A stretch of 64,000 nt of DNA from Lama glama. Taxonomy: Eukaryota. Below the pieces are notes generated by a model, which was not told the origin of the DNA, made no database searches, and saw only the letters and a list, made by a program, of their open reading frames with translations. A program made the position numbers and the translations under genes. How positions within the stretch are numbered: the first letter of the stretch is position 1; the number at the start of each line of letters is the position of its first letter. The stretch spans positions 23,004,001 through 23,068,000 of the forward strand of contig CM052816.1 of assembly GCA_028534125.1 (NCBI GenBank). The letters are read 5' to 3'. This document shows positions 26,128-38,110 of the stretch, one piece after another.

Positions 26128-26714
26128 GGGGCAGCAAAAGATCACACTCACGTGTTCCAGAATCACACCCAGCATAGCTGTGTGTGAAATCAAAAAGGAT
26201 AGAAGATTTTGGTAGAAATTCAATAATCACCTATGTATCCTCTAGAATATGATAAAAGAAAGGGAAATATTTATAGGGGTATTAAAATGGAAGTAATGAT
26301 TAGCAGAAACCTCTGACAGAAGTGATAGGAAAGGCTGGTTTGAGGAAAATGAAGAAACAAGGGCAAAGATTCAGGACGTGGTGTGGCGGTGCAGTCTCAG
26401 GACACTGTGTGTCTCATTTTTGGTTTATTTTCCATGGAAGGAGCCAGAATGTGTTTGGGAACAATAAGTTAATGCAATACTACTAAAAGCACACTGGCAG
26501 AGATCTTAATATAATACAAAGCAGAATGAATAGGTAATTGTTTAGAATTAGGAAAACTATGAGCCCTGAATCCATGTAGCAAGGGAGGGTACTTTGTGTG
26601 AACTAAACATTTCAGTTTAGTAAGCCGAAATCTCACCAAAATGGAAAAGTCGATGAATAGCTGTGATTAAACAATGAAGTTAGACAAACAATTCAGAAAT
26701 ATATTAACAAATTA

Positions 26715-26872
26715 GGGGAAAGGGTACAGCTCAGTGGTAGCTGATGTCATGGGTTCAATCCCCAGTACCTCCGTTTCATTAAAAAAAAAATTTGAATCAA
26801 TCAATCAATCAAATATCTACCCCCCCAACCAAGAAACAAAACCAACCAACCAACCAACAAGCAAGCAAAAAA
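26715..26872 (+). mobile_element. Camelid tRNA-derived SINE (Vic-1-like), internally deleted
   Basis: GGGGAAAGGGTACAGCTCAGTGGTAG...GGGTTCAATCCCCAGTACCTCC with A-rich tail; flanking direct repeat AGAAATA(T/C)ATTAACAAATTAGG at 26695-26716 and 26873-26894. Confidence 0.88.
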
Positions 26873-28179
26873 AGAAATACATTAACAAATTAGGTCAAAT
26901 GTCAGACTAGAAGTACATCTTTCTCTAGTGAAACAGTAGTGATAGCTTAGACATCTTACACTTAACCAGCTTTTCTTAACTTATTATGAAGTTAATCAGT
27001 AAGGTTCCAGGGACAGTCTTTGGTAGTCAGTGATCTCCACCAGTTTGTCAGGTGCACCCAAGAAGAAGAAGCTGTCTGGAGGAATAGGAAAGAGTCACAT
27101 AAATGATGGACCCTAGTGAATTCCACACGACCACCACCAAACAGCGTCATTTTACAACATGAAGTACCTTAAAATCACCCATAATCAGAACTTTCTATGG
27201 AAAGGAACAGACCACTGATCTACATGGATTGTTTTCCCCTTGTTTGTTTATTAGCATTAGATAGAAGCTAAGAGCTTCTACTAATTCTTCAATAAATATT
27301 CAAACATTGTTGAGAAAGGACTTTATAAACCAGTTCTAAATGTCAAATTTGTTACTAGTCAGCAACAGTGTTCTTCCTTTAAAGCGAATTTATTCTTTCA
27401 AAACAATGAACACTAAGTTTATGTTTTAAAGGCAAACCCAAATAACCATCACAAAAACAACAGATTTTTAAATAAATGCAATTGTTCTAAGGAATTTACA
27501 TCTGTTGACTCAGTAGTGGCAAAATAATGGACTTCTTCCAGATGAATCAGCTACAGAAGGCACGTTCTATTCACAGCATATGCAGGAAATTATTGCGCAC
27601 AGAGTAAGGCAAAGGGGAAAAAGAACCTGCTCTTGTAAACTGATGTATGTGAAGTAGAAACTCTACATTTATCCCTGATGGCCCAAAATAAAGACACCCC
27701 CCCTAAGCAGCTACTGAGAGAAGCATGCTTCCTTAAACTTAACACAAAGGTAGCAGCAGAAAAAGGGAAAAAGTGTATTTCACAGGCAGCATGCTTATTT
27801 AGTAAACTACCCAGCTTGTTCTCTTTTCTCACGGTAAATGACTTTGTTTGGACTTGGCTTTCTAGACTCTGCAAATTATTTGGAAGAATTCTGGGAGGAG
27901 CACTTGCCCTTGGGGACTTTCTCAGATTTGATTCTTGACGAAGATTCAGGCATATGCAGATTTAAACATCATACATTCATAATGTAAAATGTGAAGTCAA
28001 TGAATAGCAGACAAGATTTTCATCTGTTTCCCAAATTAAGTAAAATTACTGAACTGTTTTCTAAATTCTTAACATGTGTTGCAGAGTAGGTTTGCTTCTG
28101 AAACATGCTTAAAGCAAGTCAAACCCATTTCAAAACCATCTCCTTTATTTCAAACACAAAATGGATGGCCAATGAAGAA

Positions 28180-28370
28180 TTAGAGCAATAAACGGACTTC
28201 ACGTCCAGCCCTGGCTCAGCTATTGTACAATTGTGTGCAAATTCCTTACCCTCCGTCAGCCTCCACTTCTCTGTGTAAAATGGCCCTTAAACCTACACAA
28301 CAGGCCTGCTGCAGGGACAGGAAAGAGTACGTGTGAAACACATGGCCTGCTTCTCAGAGTACACATACTA
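28180..28370 (+). mobile_element. MIR fragment
   Basis: CCCTGGCTCAGC...CAGCCTCCACTTCTCTGTGTAAAATGG. Confidence 0.6.
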
Positions 28371-28670
28371 ACAAGACTGCTAATAACGTGAGAGAGGAAT
28401 ATCTATCAACTTACAGGCTAATGATGGAAAGATTTTTAAATGTAAAACTGTCTCCATCCCAAGGACTGAGTCAGCTGTTTTCTAAGTGTGTGTTCCTTAG
28501 CGCACATGTCTGTTAATTTGCCAAGCCTCCTGCAACTGCCTTCTATAGAGTTTGAATAGAGGCAAACTTAGCAAGAGGGACTGTCCTAGAGTCATCCTCA
28601 CGGACTGTTAGAAACCCTCCTGCTTAATACTCACGTCCCTAAGTAACCAGGAAGTGAAAATATGAATTTT

Positions 28671-29215
28671 TAAATTTATTATTTTTTTTAATTGAACTAC
28701 AGTCAGTTATAATGTGTCAATTTCTGGTGGACAGCACAATGTCCCAGTCATGCATATACATACATATATTCGTTTTCACAATCTTTTTCATTAGAAGTTA
28801 TTACAAGATATTGACTATAGTTACCTGTGCTATACAGAAGAAAATTTTTTTAAAATCTACTTTTATATATAGTGGCTAACATTTGTAAACCTCAAACTCC
28901 CAAATTTATCCCTTCCCACTCCATTTCCTCTGGTAACCACAAGATTGTTTACTATGTCTATGAGCCTGTTTCTGTTTTGTAGATGTGTTCATAAGTGTCC
29001 TCTTTTTCTCTCGTTTTTTTTAAAGATTCCACATATGAGTAATATATGGTATTTTTCTTTCTCTTTCTGGCTTACATCACTTAGAATGACGATCTCTAGG
29101 TTCATGTTGCTGCAAATGGCGTTATTTTTTATGGCTGAGTAGTACTCTATTGTATAAATACACTACAACTTCTTTATCCAGTCATCTGTTGATAGACATT
29201 TAGTTTGTTTCCATG
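28671..29215 (-). mobile_element. Lineage-specific L1 3' end, similar family to 12331-12906
   Basis: CCCAAATTTATCCCTTCCC, GGTAACCACAAG and CATGTTGCTGCAAATGGC; degenerate TSD at 28656-28670 and 29216-29230. Confidence 0.9.
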
Positions 29216-30428
29216 GAAAAAATGGATTTTATAAAAAGACTGGATACTCTGGGTATTTAATAACAACAACAAGAACAATGACTGGTTCTCAAGAGGACTA
29301 AAGATGGAAATTTAGGAAAATAAGAGAGGAGATTAAAAAACTACCACACAAGGGTATGTCAGAGATGTTCCAGCAATAATAAATCAGATGAAGAATATTT
29401 CAGTACAATGGAAACTGTGCTACTGAAACATGTCCAAGCTTGAGGACAAAAGTTGAGCTCTAAAGGCAGTTTTAAAAGTCATACCGCTTATTCATTTATG
29501 CTGAGAGTCTTTTCTTTATTTCATTTTCAGCTCCTCTCTGTATCACTCCCCAAATCAAATACCTGGTAAAATTCAGGCCAGTAGTCATATCTTCAAAAAA
29601 CTACTGCTCAGATTATTTAAATATAATGAGAAACTTTAAAATTCATTGTTTGAAAAAGGTAAGAAAATTAAAAATAAAAAAGAAACAGATGTAGCCATTT
29701 AATGTAGAAGACCATGTTCTACCGTTGAATCTCAAAAGAAGAGATTTTGAAATGCAAGAAAGAAAAGAATGCTAAAAGAAGCCACATTCAATAAAATCCA
29801 AAAGCTATTTATTATTCACTGAATGCAAAATTATTTTTAAGTGGAAATCTGTTTTTTATACAGGTATGATCATATGAAATTATGTTCCTACCTGAAAAAA
29901 AATCTGTATTTTCTCAACACACTTTCAAAAAACTGGATAGGCAGAGGGGAGTTAATACATACTTTAAAAAATGTCATTATTTATTTCAATCTAGTACACT
30001 GAATAGCTTATTCACTGGAAAAAACTCCTCATAAACTTTAAATATGCAAATTAATAGAACAAATATAATATGTGCTAACCTCTAGGCCTAATATTTTGAA
30101 ATGGGATTTCTGGTTTGTAAAAAGATGGATTTCTTTGTAAATTACTTTTTCATTCTTTTTAATGTGGCTCAGATTCTAGATTAATTAACAAATATAGCTA
30201 TATGCATGAATTTTAAAGTTACAATTCACTAAACTGTTTTTTAATCCACCTTAGGACATTCTTTTCTCTTGTAAACTCCACTTGGCATACATACTCATTC
30301 TCTGCTGTGAAAAAAATTAGTTTTGTGTTGATATCTGTTTTAAGAATTGTTTCACCTCTTGCAAAACTTGTTAACATTCTGTGGTACCCTGAAGGTAAAA
30401 ATCAGGATTTCCTAATTTACAGAGTAGT

Positions 30429-30575
30429 TGTGGTAGTTAGAAAAATGCCCCCTAAAAGATATTCACGTCAAGTTCCTGAAACTTGTGAACCTTATTTGGA
30501 TAAAGGGTCTGTGCATATGAACTAAGTTAAACATGTGGAGGAGATGAGGTCAACTGTGATCACCTGGTTGGGTCC
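30429..30575 (+). mobile_element. MaLR LTR 5' fragment (MLT1D/E-like)
   Basis: TGTGGTAGTTAGAAAAATGCCCCCTAAAAGATATTCACGTC...CCTGAAACTTGTGAA. Confidence 0.75.
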
Positions 30576-30809
30576 TGCATTAGTCAGGGTTCTCCAGTGA
30601 CACAGAACCAACAGAAGACAGACAGACAGACAGATGAGGTAGAGAGATAGAGTCAGAGAGCGACAGAGACAGAAACTGACTGACTGATTTTAAGGAATGA
30701 GCTCATGCAATTGTAGGGGCTGGTGAGTCCAAAATCCACATGGCAGGCCTGGATTTTTAACTAAGAGATCGCAGCAATCTCAAGTCTCAAATCTGCAGAG
30801 CAGGCCAGC
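30576..30809 (-). mobile_element. ERVL MLT2 LTR fragment
   Basis: TGCATTAGTCAGGGTTCTCCAG...ACAGAACCAACAG, then GA/GACA repeat, then TAAGGAATGAGCTCATGCAATTGTAGGGGCTGG. Confidence 0.85.
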
Positions 30810-30989
30810 TATTCTGATCTGGCTTTGATCATTCCATGTCCATTCTTCATATACCCACACCTAAAGGATAATCAACTAGGGCAACATTTTTAAAACAATG
30901 AACATCTTGCATCTTGATTTGATAATAAGGCATAATTTGATCAACAAATACGGGTTGTAGAAGTTAGTGTTAATGTGGAGAGAAGAAAA

Positions 30990-31360
30990 TCAGACATTGA
31001 GGGCCCTACCTGAGGTTAAGGAAGGTGGTGGTGAAACAGAAGGAATCTAAACCAGCACTGTTCTAAAGGAAGATTCACTAAGACTTACTTTCTTGCTGAA
31101 TGAATGGAATGGAGAGAAATTATGAATCAAAGAAACTATGAATCAGTCGTTGGGACTGCGTGATCAGGAAAACAAAGGTCCATCTGACAAGGAAACTGAG
31201 CGGAGGCTCTGTGTGTGTCTGTGTGCTGACGGAGGTGGAGTGGGGAGGGTGGTCGGGGTGGGTAAAGAGGGAAGTCGGCACAAATGATGAGGGCTTCAGT
31301 CTGGCGTATGCTGAATTTGAGGGGCTGGATAAACATCTTGGTATGGATGTTTTCCTAGAG
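30990..31360 (-). mobile_element. L2 fragment
   Basis: ATGATGAGGGCTTCAGTCTGGCGTATGCTGAATTTGAGG resembles antisense L2. Confidence 0.55.
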
Positions 31361-31894
31361 AGTTAATACTGCTGAGAAAATGACAAAGAGAAAGCAGTCC
31401 AAGAATCATACATGACTCCACCACTACCCTTTTCATATTTATATCAAAGGGCACTGTCATTCCACAAATGCAAAAGTTCAAAGTGATTCTGCTGTTGTCA
31501 GCTCTGAAAATGAATTAAAATGCTACAAACAGTAATGGTATCATTGAGCTTTGCTATTAATGACAAATATTAGTATTTAGGAATTACTGATAACATTTCC
31601 CTTCCAAATGTGGCACATCATGTTTTCTATACTTTTTCTACTGAGTGACCCCAAGGAAAAAAAAATTTTTTTTAATTTCAGAAAACCATTTTACCTGGAG
31701 GAACAATTATTATTTATTTATCATGCTTCCTAATTGTAATTGGGGAATTATTCATGATAATTTACTATACATGATAACATAAACATAAAATATTTTTACA
31801 AACAGCTTCAGAAATAATTAAATGTTATATAGTCTAAGAACTTAAGCCTCCCCATAATTTCAGGTGGTTTCCTTTAAAGGAAATCTCGAGAGCA

Positions 31895-32130
31895 AACACA
31901 CATATGGTGCTTCCATGCAGTAAGCATTTGTTCTCCGGGCTTTCTGTGTAATGATTCACATGGTCCTCCTAACAATCCTATAAAGCAGATTCAATTATTA
32001 TTCCTAGTTTATATATGAGGAAGCTGAGCCACAGACAGGTTGAGAGTCTTACCCAAGAACACACAGCTAGGAAGAGACTGAGTCAGGATTTTTTTTTTTA
32101 ACTCATGATCCAAATCACTGAGCTCTACTA
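31895..32130 (-). mobile_element. MIR SINE
   Basis: CCTAACAATCCTATAAAGCAGAT...ATGAGGAAGCTGAGCCACAGACAGGTT...ACACAGCTAG. Confidence 0.85.
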
Positions 32131-32395
32131 CCTCGTGCACTCTATCTCACTTTCGGAGAATGTGATAGGGGTGTAACAACTTAATTTCTTTTTTTAACTG
32201 AAGTAGAAACAAGCTGTAAAACAAAAAGATCAATTACAAAGTCAAGCTTCCCTTTATCTTTGCTTTTCTCCTGAGATCAGGGAAGATTCATCTGTGGTTC
32301 CTTTTGCAATTCTTTTTCTTTCTTTCCAAGGAAAAAAATTGAAATTTCTTACACAGTGCTATAACCTGACTCAACCAAAGCTTTTAAGCAAAAGC

Positions 32396-32420
32396 AAAAA
32401 AAAAAAAAAAAAAAAAAAAA
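32396..32420. repeat. Poly(A)25
   Basis: Read directly. Confidence 0.95.
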
Positions 32421-34024
32421 GATGGGAACCACAATAAATGAATAAATGAAATGCTATCATTTTAACAAAAGGGCAGCACATTTTAAATTGAACTGAACGC
32501 TTTAGCTGTCAAATGAATTGCTCGTTTTTTGAAATTTTTAAAAACTTTTATTTCTGATGAACCAGAACTTTCTTTAACCAGCTGAGTCAGAAAGTTTGTC
32601 TAAGTGCCAAATCAATACCATCAGATACTTTCTGGGTCAATGAATTGCATCCAACCCAGAGAAGTTAGATGTGCAGAGGAAAGAAATTACAGTATGAGGT
32701 TCTCAAGGCATGTCACACAACCTCAGTCCCCAGAAAGCACATTACAGGCATTTCTCTCTCTACCACGGAGAGTTTCAATGAGCAGCAAATTCCTGGCTAT
32801 GGGAACACTTGGGAGCTCAAAAGGGAAACAGAATCATCATCAATTCTCATCACCCTCCTGAATCTTTCTACCAGCATCATTCTTATCAAACGCTGTTTCT
32901 TGGTGTTGGTGACCACTGGCCAAATTGACAATTCTGCAGGGAAGGGACGAAAGGGCCACTGCCATCACCCTGCATGGGCTCAGACACTGAATACATCATC
33001 TCTTCAAAATGCCCAGGCCTCACTGGCACCCTGCTTGGAAAATTGTGTCCACTCCCACCACAGTGCTTCTGGCGGTGGCGCCTGCTGCCGTGCGACTGAT
33101 TTCTTTGTCCAAATCTTCTTTGGGATGTGGAGGGAACATCCTGACACTGTTAATGTGCCTGTGTCTTTTTATTTTCTCATTCTCATTTGCTGCCCTTGAA
33201 AATATTACTTGATTCCATGAAAATAATCAGGACATCTCATCTAAGTAATAGCTGAAGAAACTCTCGTCCCTTCCAGCATTTCATCAGCACAAAGAAAGCC
33301 AAGGACCTAGGATGTTTTCCAGTTGTTCCCAACTCTTCTTTCTAAAACTATTAATGAAAACTTCTGCTCACAAGGAAAAATCTATACTCTGTGGTACCAA
33401 CATGACAGCCACACATCCTGAACTAGAGAAGAGAAACAATGATCTTATCTTTATGACACGTTCGTAGACTGCCATGTCCATAGTTACAAATGACCGTTTT
33501 GACAGGGGGTAGATACTGGGACCACATGGGGGAGAAGAGGGATGTCAAAATTAAACAATTTTTTGTCAAATCGGATTACACAATTCACATTGGAAGCAAT
33601 CACTGAGGATCTGCTGAAGATGGGAGAACAGGATGCCCCTCACTTTCTCATCATAAATCCCTACAAATGATGGAGACCCATAAGGAGACATCCTCCCAGC
33701 AGGGGGAAGCGTGGTAACATCAGATTGGAGTAGCCAGGGAGTCATCCACCTGGAGTCAGAAAGAGCTATGCTTTCCCACCCCCACCTCCAGACATCACCA
33801 ATCCCCTGAGAGCAGTAAATGTCCCAGGTGACGTACTACTGCATTCACTCAGATCAGAAAGCCCCCAAGCCTAGAAGACAAACTACTGGTGTACTCCCCC
33901 CAGGAGCACAGTCTACCCTCTCACACAGTCACTGGAACCTGGCTGCAATAAAACGTATCAGTAGTCACACACTATTAACAGCTAGTATTTATTTATAATA
34001 AACACTTCATTTTTCCCATGACAT

Positions 34025-34245
34025 TAAAAGCTAACCATTACTGGGTGCCAGGGAGGGGTTACATGGTAGGCTGCCTCCAAAAACTTGGCAAACATTAGCC
34101 ATTTATTTCTCACAAAACCCTGTAAGGTGGGGGCTAGAGTTGCCTTCATTTTGTAGGTGAGGAAATGGAGGCACAGAACTGTGAAGTCATTAATCACAGC
34201 CCAGGCCTTGGGGCCCCAGATTTCCTACTGTTAATCACTTCACTA
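34025..34245 (-). mobile_element. MIR SINE
   Basis: TCTCACAAAACCCTGTAAGGTGG...CATTTTGTAGGTGAGGAAATGGAGGCACAGA. Confidence 0.8.
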
Positions 34246-34269
34246 GACTTTTTCTCGAGCTAACAAGGA

Positions 34270-34820
34270 ATCTCAATTACAAAGGTGAGTACACAGACAT
34301 CTGAGGAAAGCCAATACCATGAAAACAGGTAATACATATTAATATATATGGAAACAAAGTTAACAGAAGAAACTGCTCAAGAATTTAGATTAAGTATAAT
34401 TAACGTCATCAGGGAAATAAGAGCCTGTAACATCCACAACAAAGAGTCAATTGGCTTTCAGAGAAATGACAAAAATGATCATTGACATTTATGTATCAGT
34501 TGATGAACTAAGAGTACACACAGCTGAAGTTCAAACTACAAGGGCCAAGGAATTCTCAGTTAAGCAGTTAAAAATACAAAGACATACAAAGAATGAAAAA
34601 AAAAAAAAAAGCCAAAGGATGTAGAGGATTGATTCCAATATTTGACAATAGGCTTTCCAGAAAGAGAGATCAAGAGAATAAAGCAATGTAAAGCAATAAT
34701 AGAACAAAATGTCCCAAAACTAAGGAAAGTTGTAGGTTCTCAGATTTAGAAGTCCCTATGAATGCTGGGTAAATTAAGTAAAGCAAACATATCTTGACAC
34801 ATTATGGGTAAACTTCCTAG
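34270..34820 (+). mobile_element. Ancient L1/HAL1 ORF1-region remnant
   Basis: A-rich; ACAGACATCTGAGGAAAGCC and ATAGGCTTTCCAGAAAGAGAG...AATAATAGAACAAAATGTCCCAAAACTAAG (IGVPE...IIEENFPEL-like). Confidence 0.6.
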
Positions 34821-35009
34821 ATTTACTAAACATTCATATTTCACTGCTTTTGGTCACCTCCAAGTTAACATAGCTAAAACTTCTATCTAAAATTGAATTC
34901 ACCTGATTTAAACAGGATTATTTTAATTTCATCATATCATTAATATGAATATTCTTTCAATCACCCAGGCTCCGAATGAAAGCCTTCTTTACTTTTTCTC
35001 TTTTCTGAC

Positions 35010-35361
35010 TGCTATACACTGAATTATGCCCCTTGCAAATTTACATGTTGAAGTCTATCCCCCAAATGTGATGATGTTTGGAGATGGGGCCTTTGGAAGG
35101 GGAACAGGGTGGGGCTCTCACGATGGGACTAGCACCCTTACAAGACGGAACATCGGGGCCTTTGCTCTCTCTCCCTACCACGTGAGGACACAGTGAGAAG
35201 GTGGCTGTCTGCAAACCAGGCAAAGACTTCTCCCCAGAACCTGACCATCCTGGCACCGTGATCTCAGACTTCCAGCCTCCAGAACTGTGCAAAAATAAAT
35301 TTCTGTTGTTTATGCCACCCAGTTTATAGTATTTTGTTGCGGCAGCCCAAGCTAAGAAAGA
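35010..35361 (+). mobile_element. MaLR solo LTR (MLT1A-like)
   Basis: TGCTAT... start; CCACGTGAGGACACAGTGAGAAGGTGGCTGTCTGCAAACCAGG and CTTCCAGCCTCCAGAACTGT; AATAAA; near-TSD CTGAC/CTTAC. Confidence 0.92.
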
Positions 35362-36194
35362 CTTACTCATTACTCTCTTTTGGCCCTTCCAGTTATAAAG
35401 GACAGAGACTCACTCGGGCCAGGAGAGGAGTTGCTGTAAAGACACACAATGTTACAAACGTGAGAGGATCAGACAGAGGTTTACAGTCAAGTCACCAGCC
35501 TGGCCTCACAATCAGGAACTGCAGACAGTCCTGGAACCAAGTGAGTATCTATGGATCTGACAACACGAACATGAGGAATGATCTTCACTTTTAACAGATT
35601 CAATTCTACTCTGTGGATTCCTTCTATAAACCTGCCTACTTGGGCTTCCCACTTCAAATTCACTAATTCTTATCTTTCATTCTGTATAATCTCTGCTTAA
35701 TGATAGTTCTTGCTTTCTGGTAACTCTGAATTGCCATGACCCATTTGGGTCCTTCCTTTGTCTTTGTCTTCACTGTCTACACCATTCATGTGTTAATCAA
35801 AATCAATTACATCCTAGTCTTCATTTTATTTAGACTTCCTGTAATTCCATTCTCCTTTAGGAGAATGAGTCTACAAATAGTAGCTATTTTTCTTTTTACA
35901 GCAAATTGTCTCAATTGCTCACTTTAGGGAGAATGTCCCTCCATGGGAATATGTAAATTGTTGAACACATCTAATTGCCTTAGATATCACCTTCCTCTGA
36001 ACTTACAATATTTATCATTATACAACTGACTCACCAGTTAATCGTGGGGTTGCTGTCCAATTCACCCATTCATTATCTTTCACAATTACTAAATTTTTAC
36101 ATTGTTTACTTATCATGGTTTATAGTTTCTTGTCTTGTCTAGACATTTTTTTCTGGTATCAGAGCCTTTTTCAGTACTTAAAAGTATGTGTTTA

Positions 36195-36345
36195 TTGATT
36201 CGAGTCCATTTTCTCAATCTTGTGTAGCTTTGGGACAATTTAAGTGCTTCTCTTTCCCATTTGTAAAATAGGGGCAGGAAAGAGCAATCAAAGCCTGTAG
36301 ATATTAGTTGATTACAACATTTAAGTAGGCTGAGATGCAGAAAGC
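36195..36345 (+). mobile_element. MIR fragment
   Basis: TGTGTAGCTTTGGGACAA...TTTCCCATTTGTAAAATAGGGG. Confidence 0.6.
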
Positions 36346-36659
36346 AATAGCTAAAAACACAGGCTCCACCAGAAGACTGGAAACAAAATTACCAAGACTG
36401 GTTTCAGTATTTTTTGATTAGACAGAAGTCTCTCTTTTTCCCTTCTGATTAAAATTCCCCTGCTTATTTTCTCTCAGACTAGAGGAGTCCATAGAATAAA
36501 AACTGTTATTAGTGATGGTGAACTGGTGTGGCAGTGTCATGGGATCAATGTTTAGGCACAAAATATTTCTTAGCAATACTTTTATTGATGACAGTTCCAA
36601 AAGTGACATATCTACAATGGCTATTATATAGTTGATAGTTACATAGTTAATAGATGCAG

Positions 36660-36960
36660 AAGGTATCTGGTTCACAACTCAAGCTGGCACTCTCTCTGAG
36701 AACTGCATTTCCACGTGGGGGTGGACGCACAGGAGTCGCAATTACACAATGGGGCTGCTCACTACTCCTCACCAGAAGATCACTGAATGGGATCTATCGC
36801 CAAGCTTGGCTAATCAGCTTTCTCTCTCTCTATGATGAGAGATCTGGGTCAGAGGGAGTCCAGTAGTTCTGGCTACAGGACTACATCATGCAGACTGGGA
36901 GCTGAGGGAGGGACCATATTTCCATATGCACACCCAGGAAAGCAGAGAGGGGGCAGAGTA
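36660..36960. mobile_element. Possible ancient ERVL/MaLR LTR fragment
   Basis: CCAAGCTTGGCTAATCAG...GGGAGCTGAGGGAGGGACCATATTTCC resembles old LTR33/MLT1-type motifs; weak. Confidence 0.35.
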
Positions 36961-37709
36961 TAGTTCTTGGTTTGCTCAGCCTCAGTCCTTTTTGTTCATC
37001 ACACTTACGTTTTCAAAACCTAGTGCACACAGCTGTCATTCTCAATTCAAACTTACTCTGTCACTTCAAGGTACTGCATTTATTTGTGCCACATGTGACC
37101 TTCTCTGGCAGCTCTAATTCTACATTTGGTTTACAAGCCCATTCACCATTCACTACAACTAGCTCTTTTCCCCCTTAGCTTCTCCAAAATGCTTTATTAA
37201 TTATGCATTTCATCTGTCTTGATCTCTGCCCCCCAAACATGCCTTAAATGTTACCTCTGTCTTTCCACATAAGAGTGCTCCTTCAAACACCTGATTGCAG
37301 CTTCTCACTCCAGGTAGTCAAGCTTGCCTTCCTCACTGAAAATGTCCCTGTCCCACCTCCCAGATATTCGTGACATCCTATGACAGGTTTCTCAATCGTC
37401 CTTTTGGGTCCTCTTACATACATCTACGTGGTGTCAGTTTTCTGGTTTTCAATAACTAGATTGCACAGTGAGCATACCAGGCTCACTGTGGGCTCCCAAT
37501 CAGTGGATTCAGTAAGCAATGTTCCTTTTCTTCTCAAAAATATATCTTTCTGAGATTTAGGAAAGTGAAGTAGGCGAGAAAGAATCACATTTTTAGGATC
37601 CTGTAGATTGATGTCTAGTCTCTCAAGAACTTTAGTTTCTTTTTAAAAAAATTCTATAGTGATTTAATAATTAAATGTACAGTCAGTGATTTTAAATTAT
37701 ATTCCTTAT

Positions 37710-38110
37710 ATTTTACTTATAGAAGCAACATATGAATATATCTTTACCTTAAAAACAAATTCAAATAACGCAGAATTGCACAGAACATAATGAGGCTTCC
37801 CCTTTGGCAACACCCAACCCGTACTCCTCTCCACAGAGGAAATCACTTTAGTTTTACATCCATTGTCCCAGATCTTTTAAAAGCGGATCTACTTGTAAAT
37901 ATGAATATGTTTGTATTTTGTTATCAAAAATTTGATCATACTTTACAGTAGTATAGAATTTTTTTCTGATTAAGTTTATCTTTCTAAGATAATACATATA
38001 AATGTATCATATTCTTTGTTACAGCTGCATTAATAGTCCAAAGATAGATGTATACCAATTAATGTAACTTATTGACAGGCATGTGATGCTATTGCAACAA
38101 TGCTACATGA
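37710..38110 (-). mobile_element. L1ME-like remnant
   Basis: AATTCAAATAACGCAGAA...CTCTCCACAGAGGAAATCACT...TTCTTTGTTACAGCTGCAT. Confidence 0.6.

Noticed and set aside
32669..33199. 176-aa + strand ORF, among the longest gap-free ORFs
   Set aside because: No recognisable domain, codon bias or convincing splice context; compatible with chance
33696..33710. CTCF-like motifs here and near 43552 and 57340
   Set aside because: Each mismatches the core; cannot be supported without PWM scoring or ChIP data
37464..37490. Hairpin CACAGTGAGC-7nt-GCTCACTGTG
   Set aside because: A 10-bp stem with a short loop is expected about once by chance in this much sequence, and it is too short for a pre-miRNA
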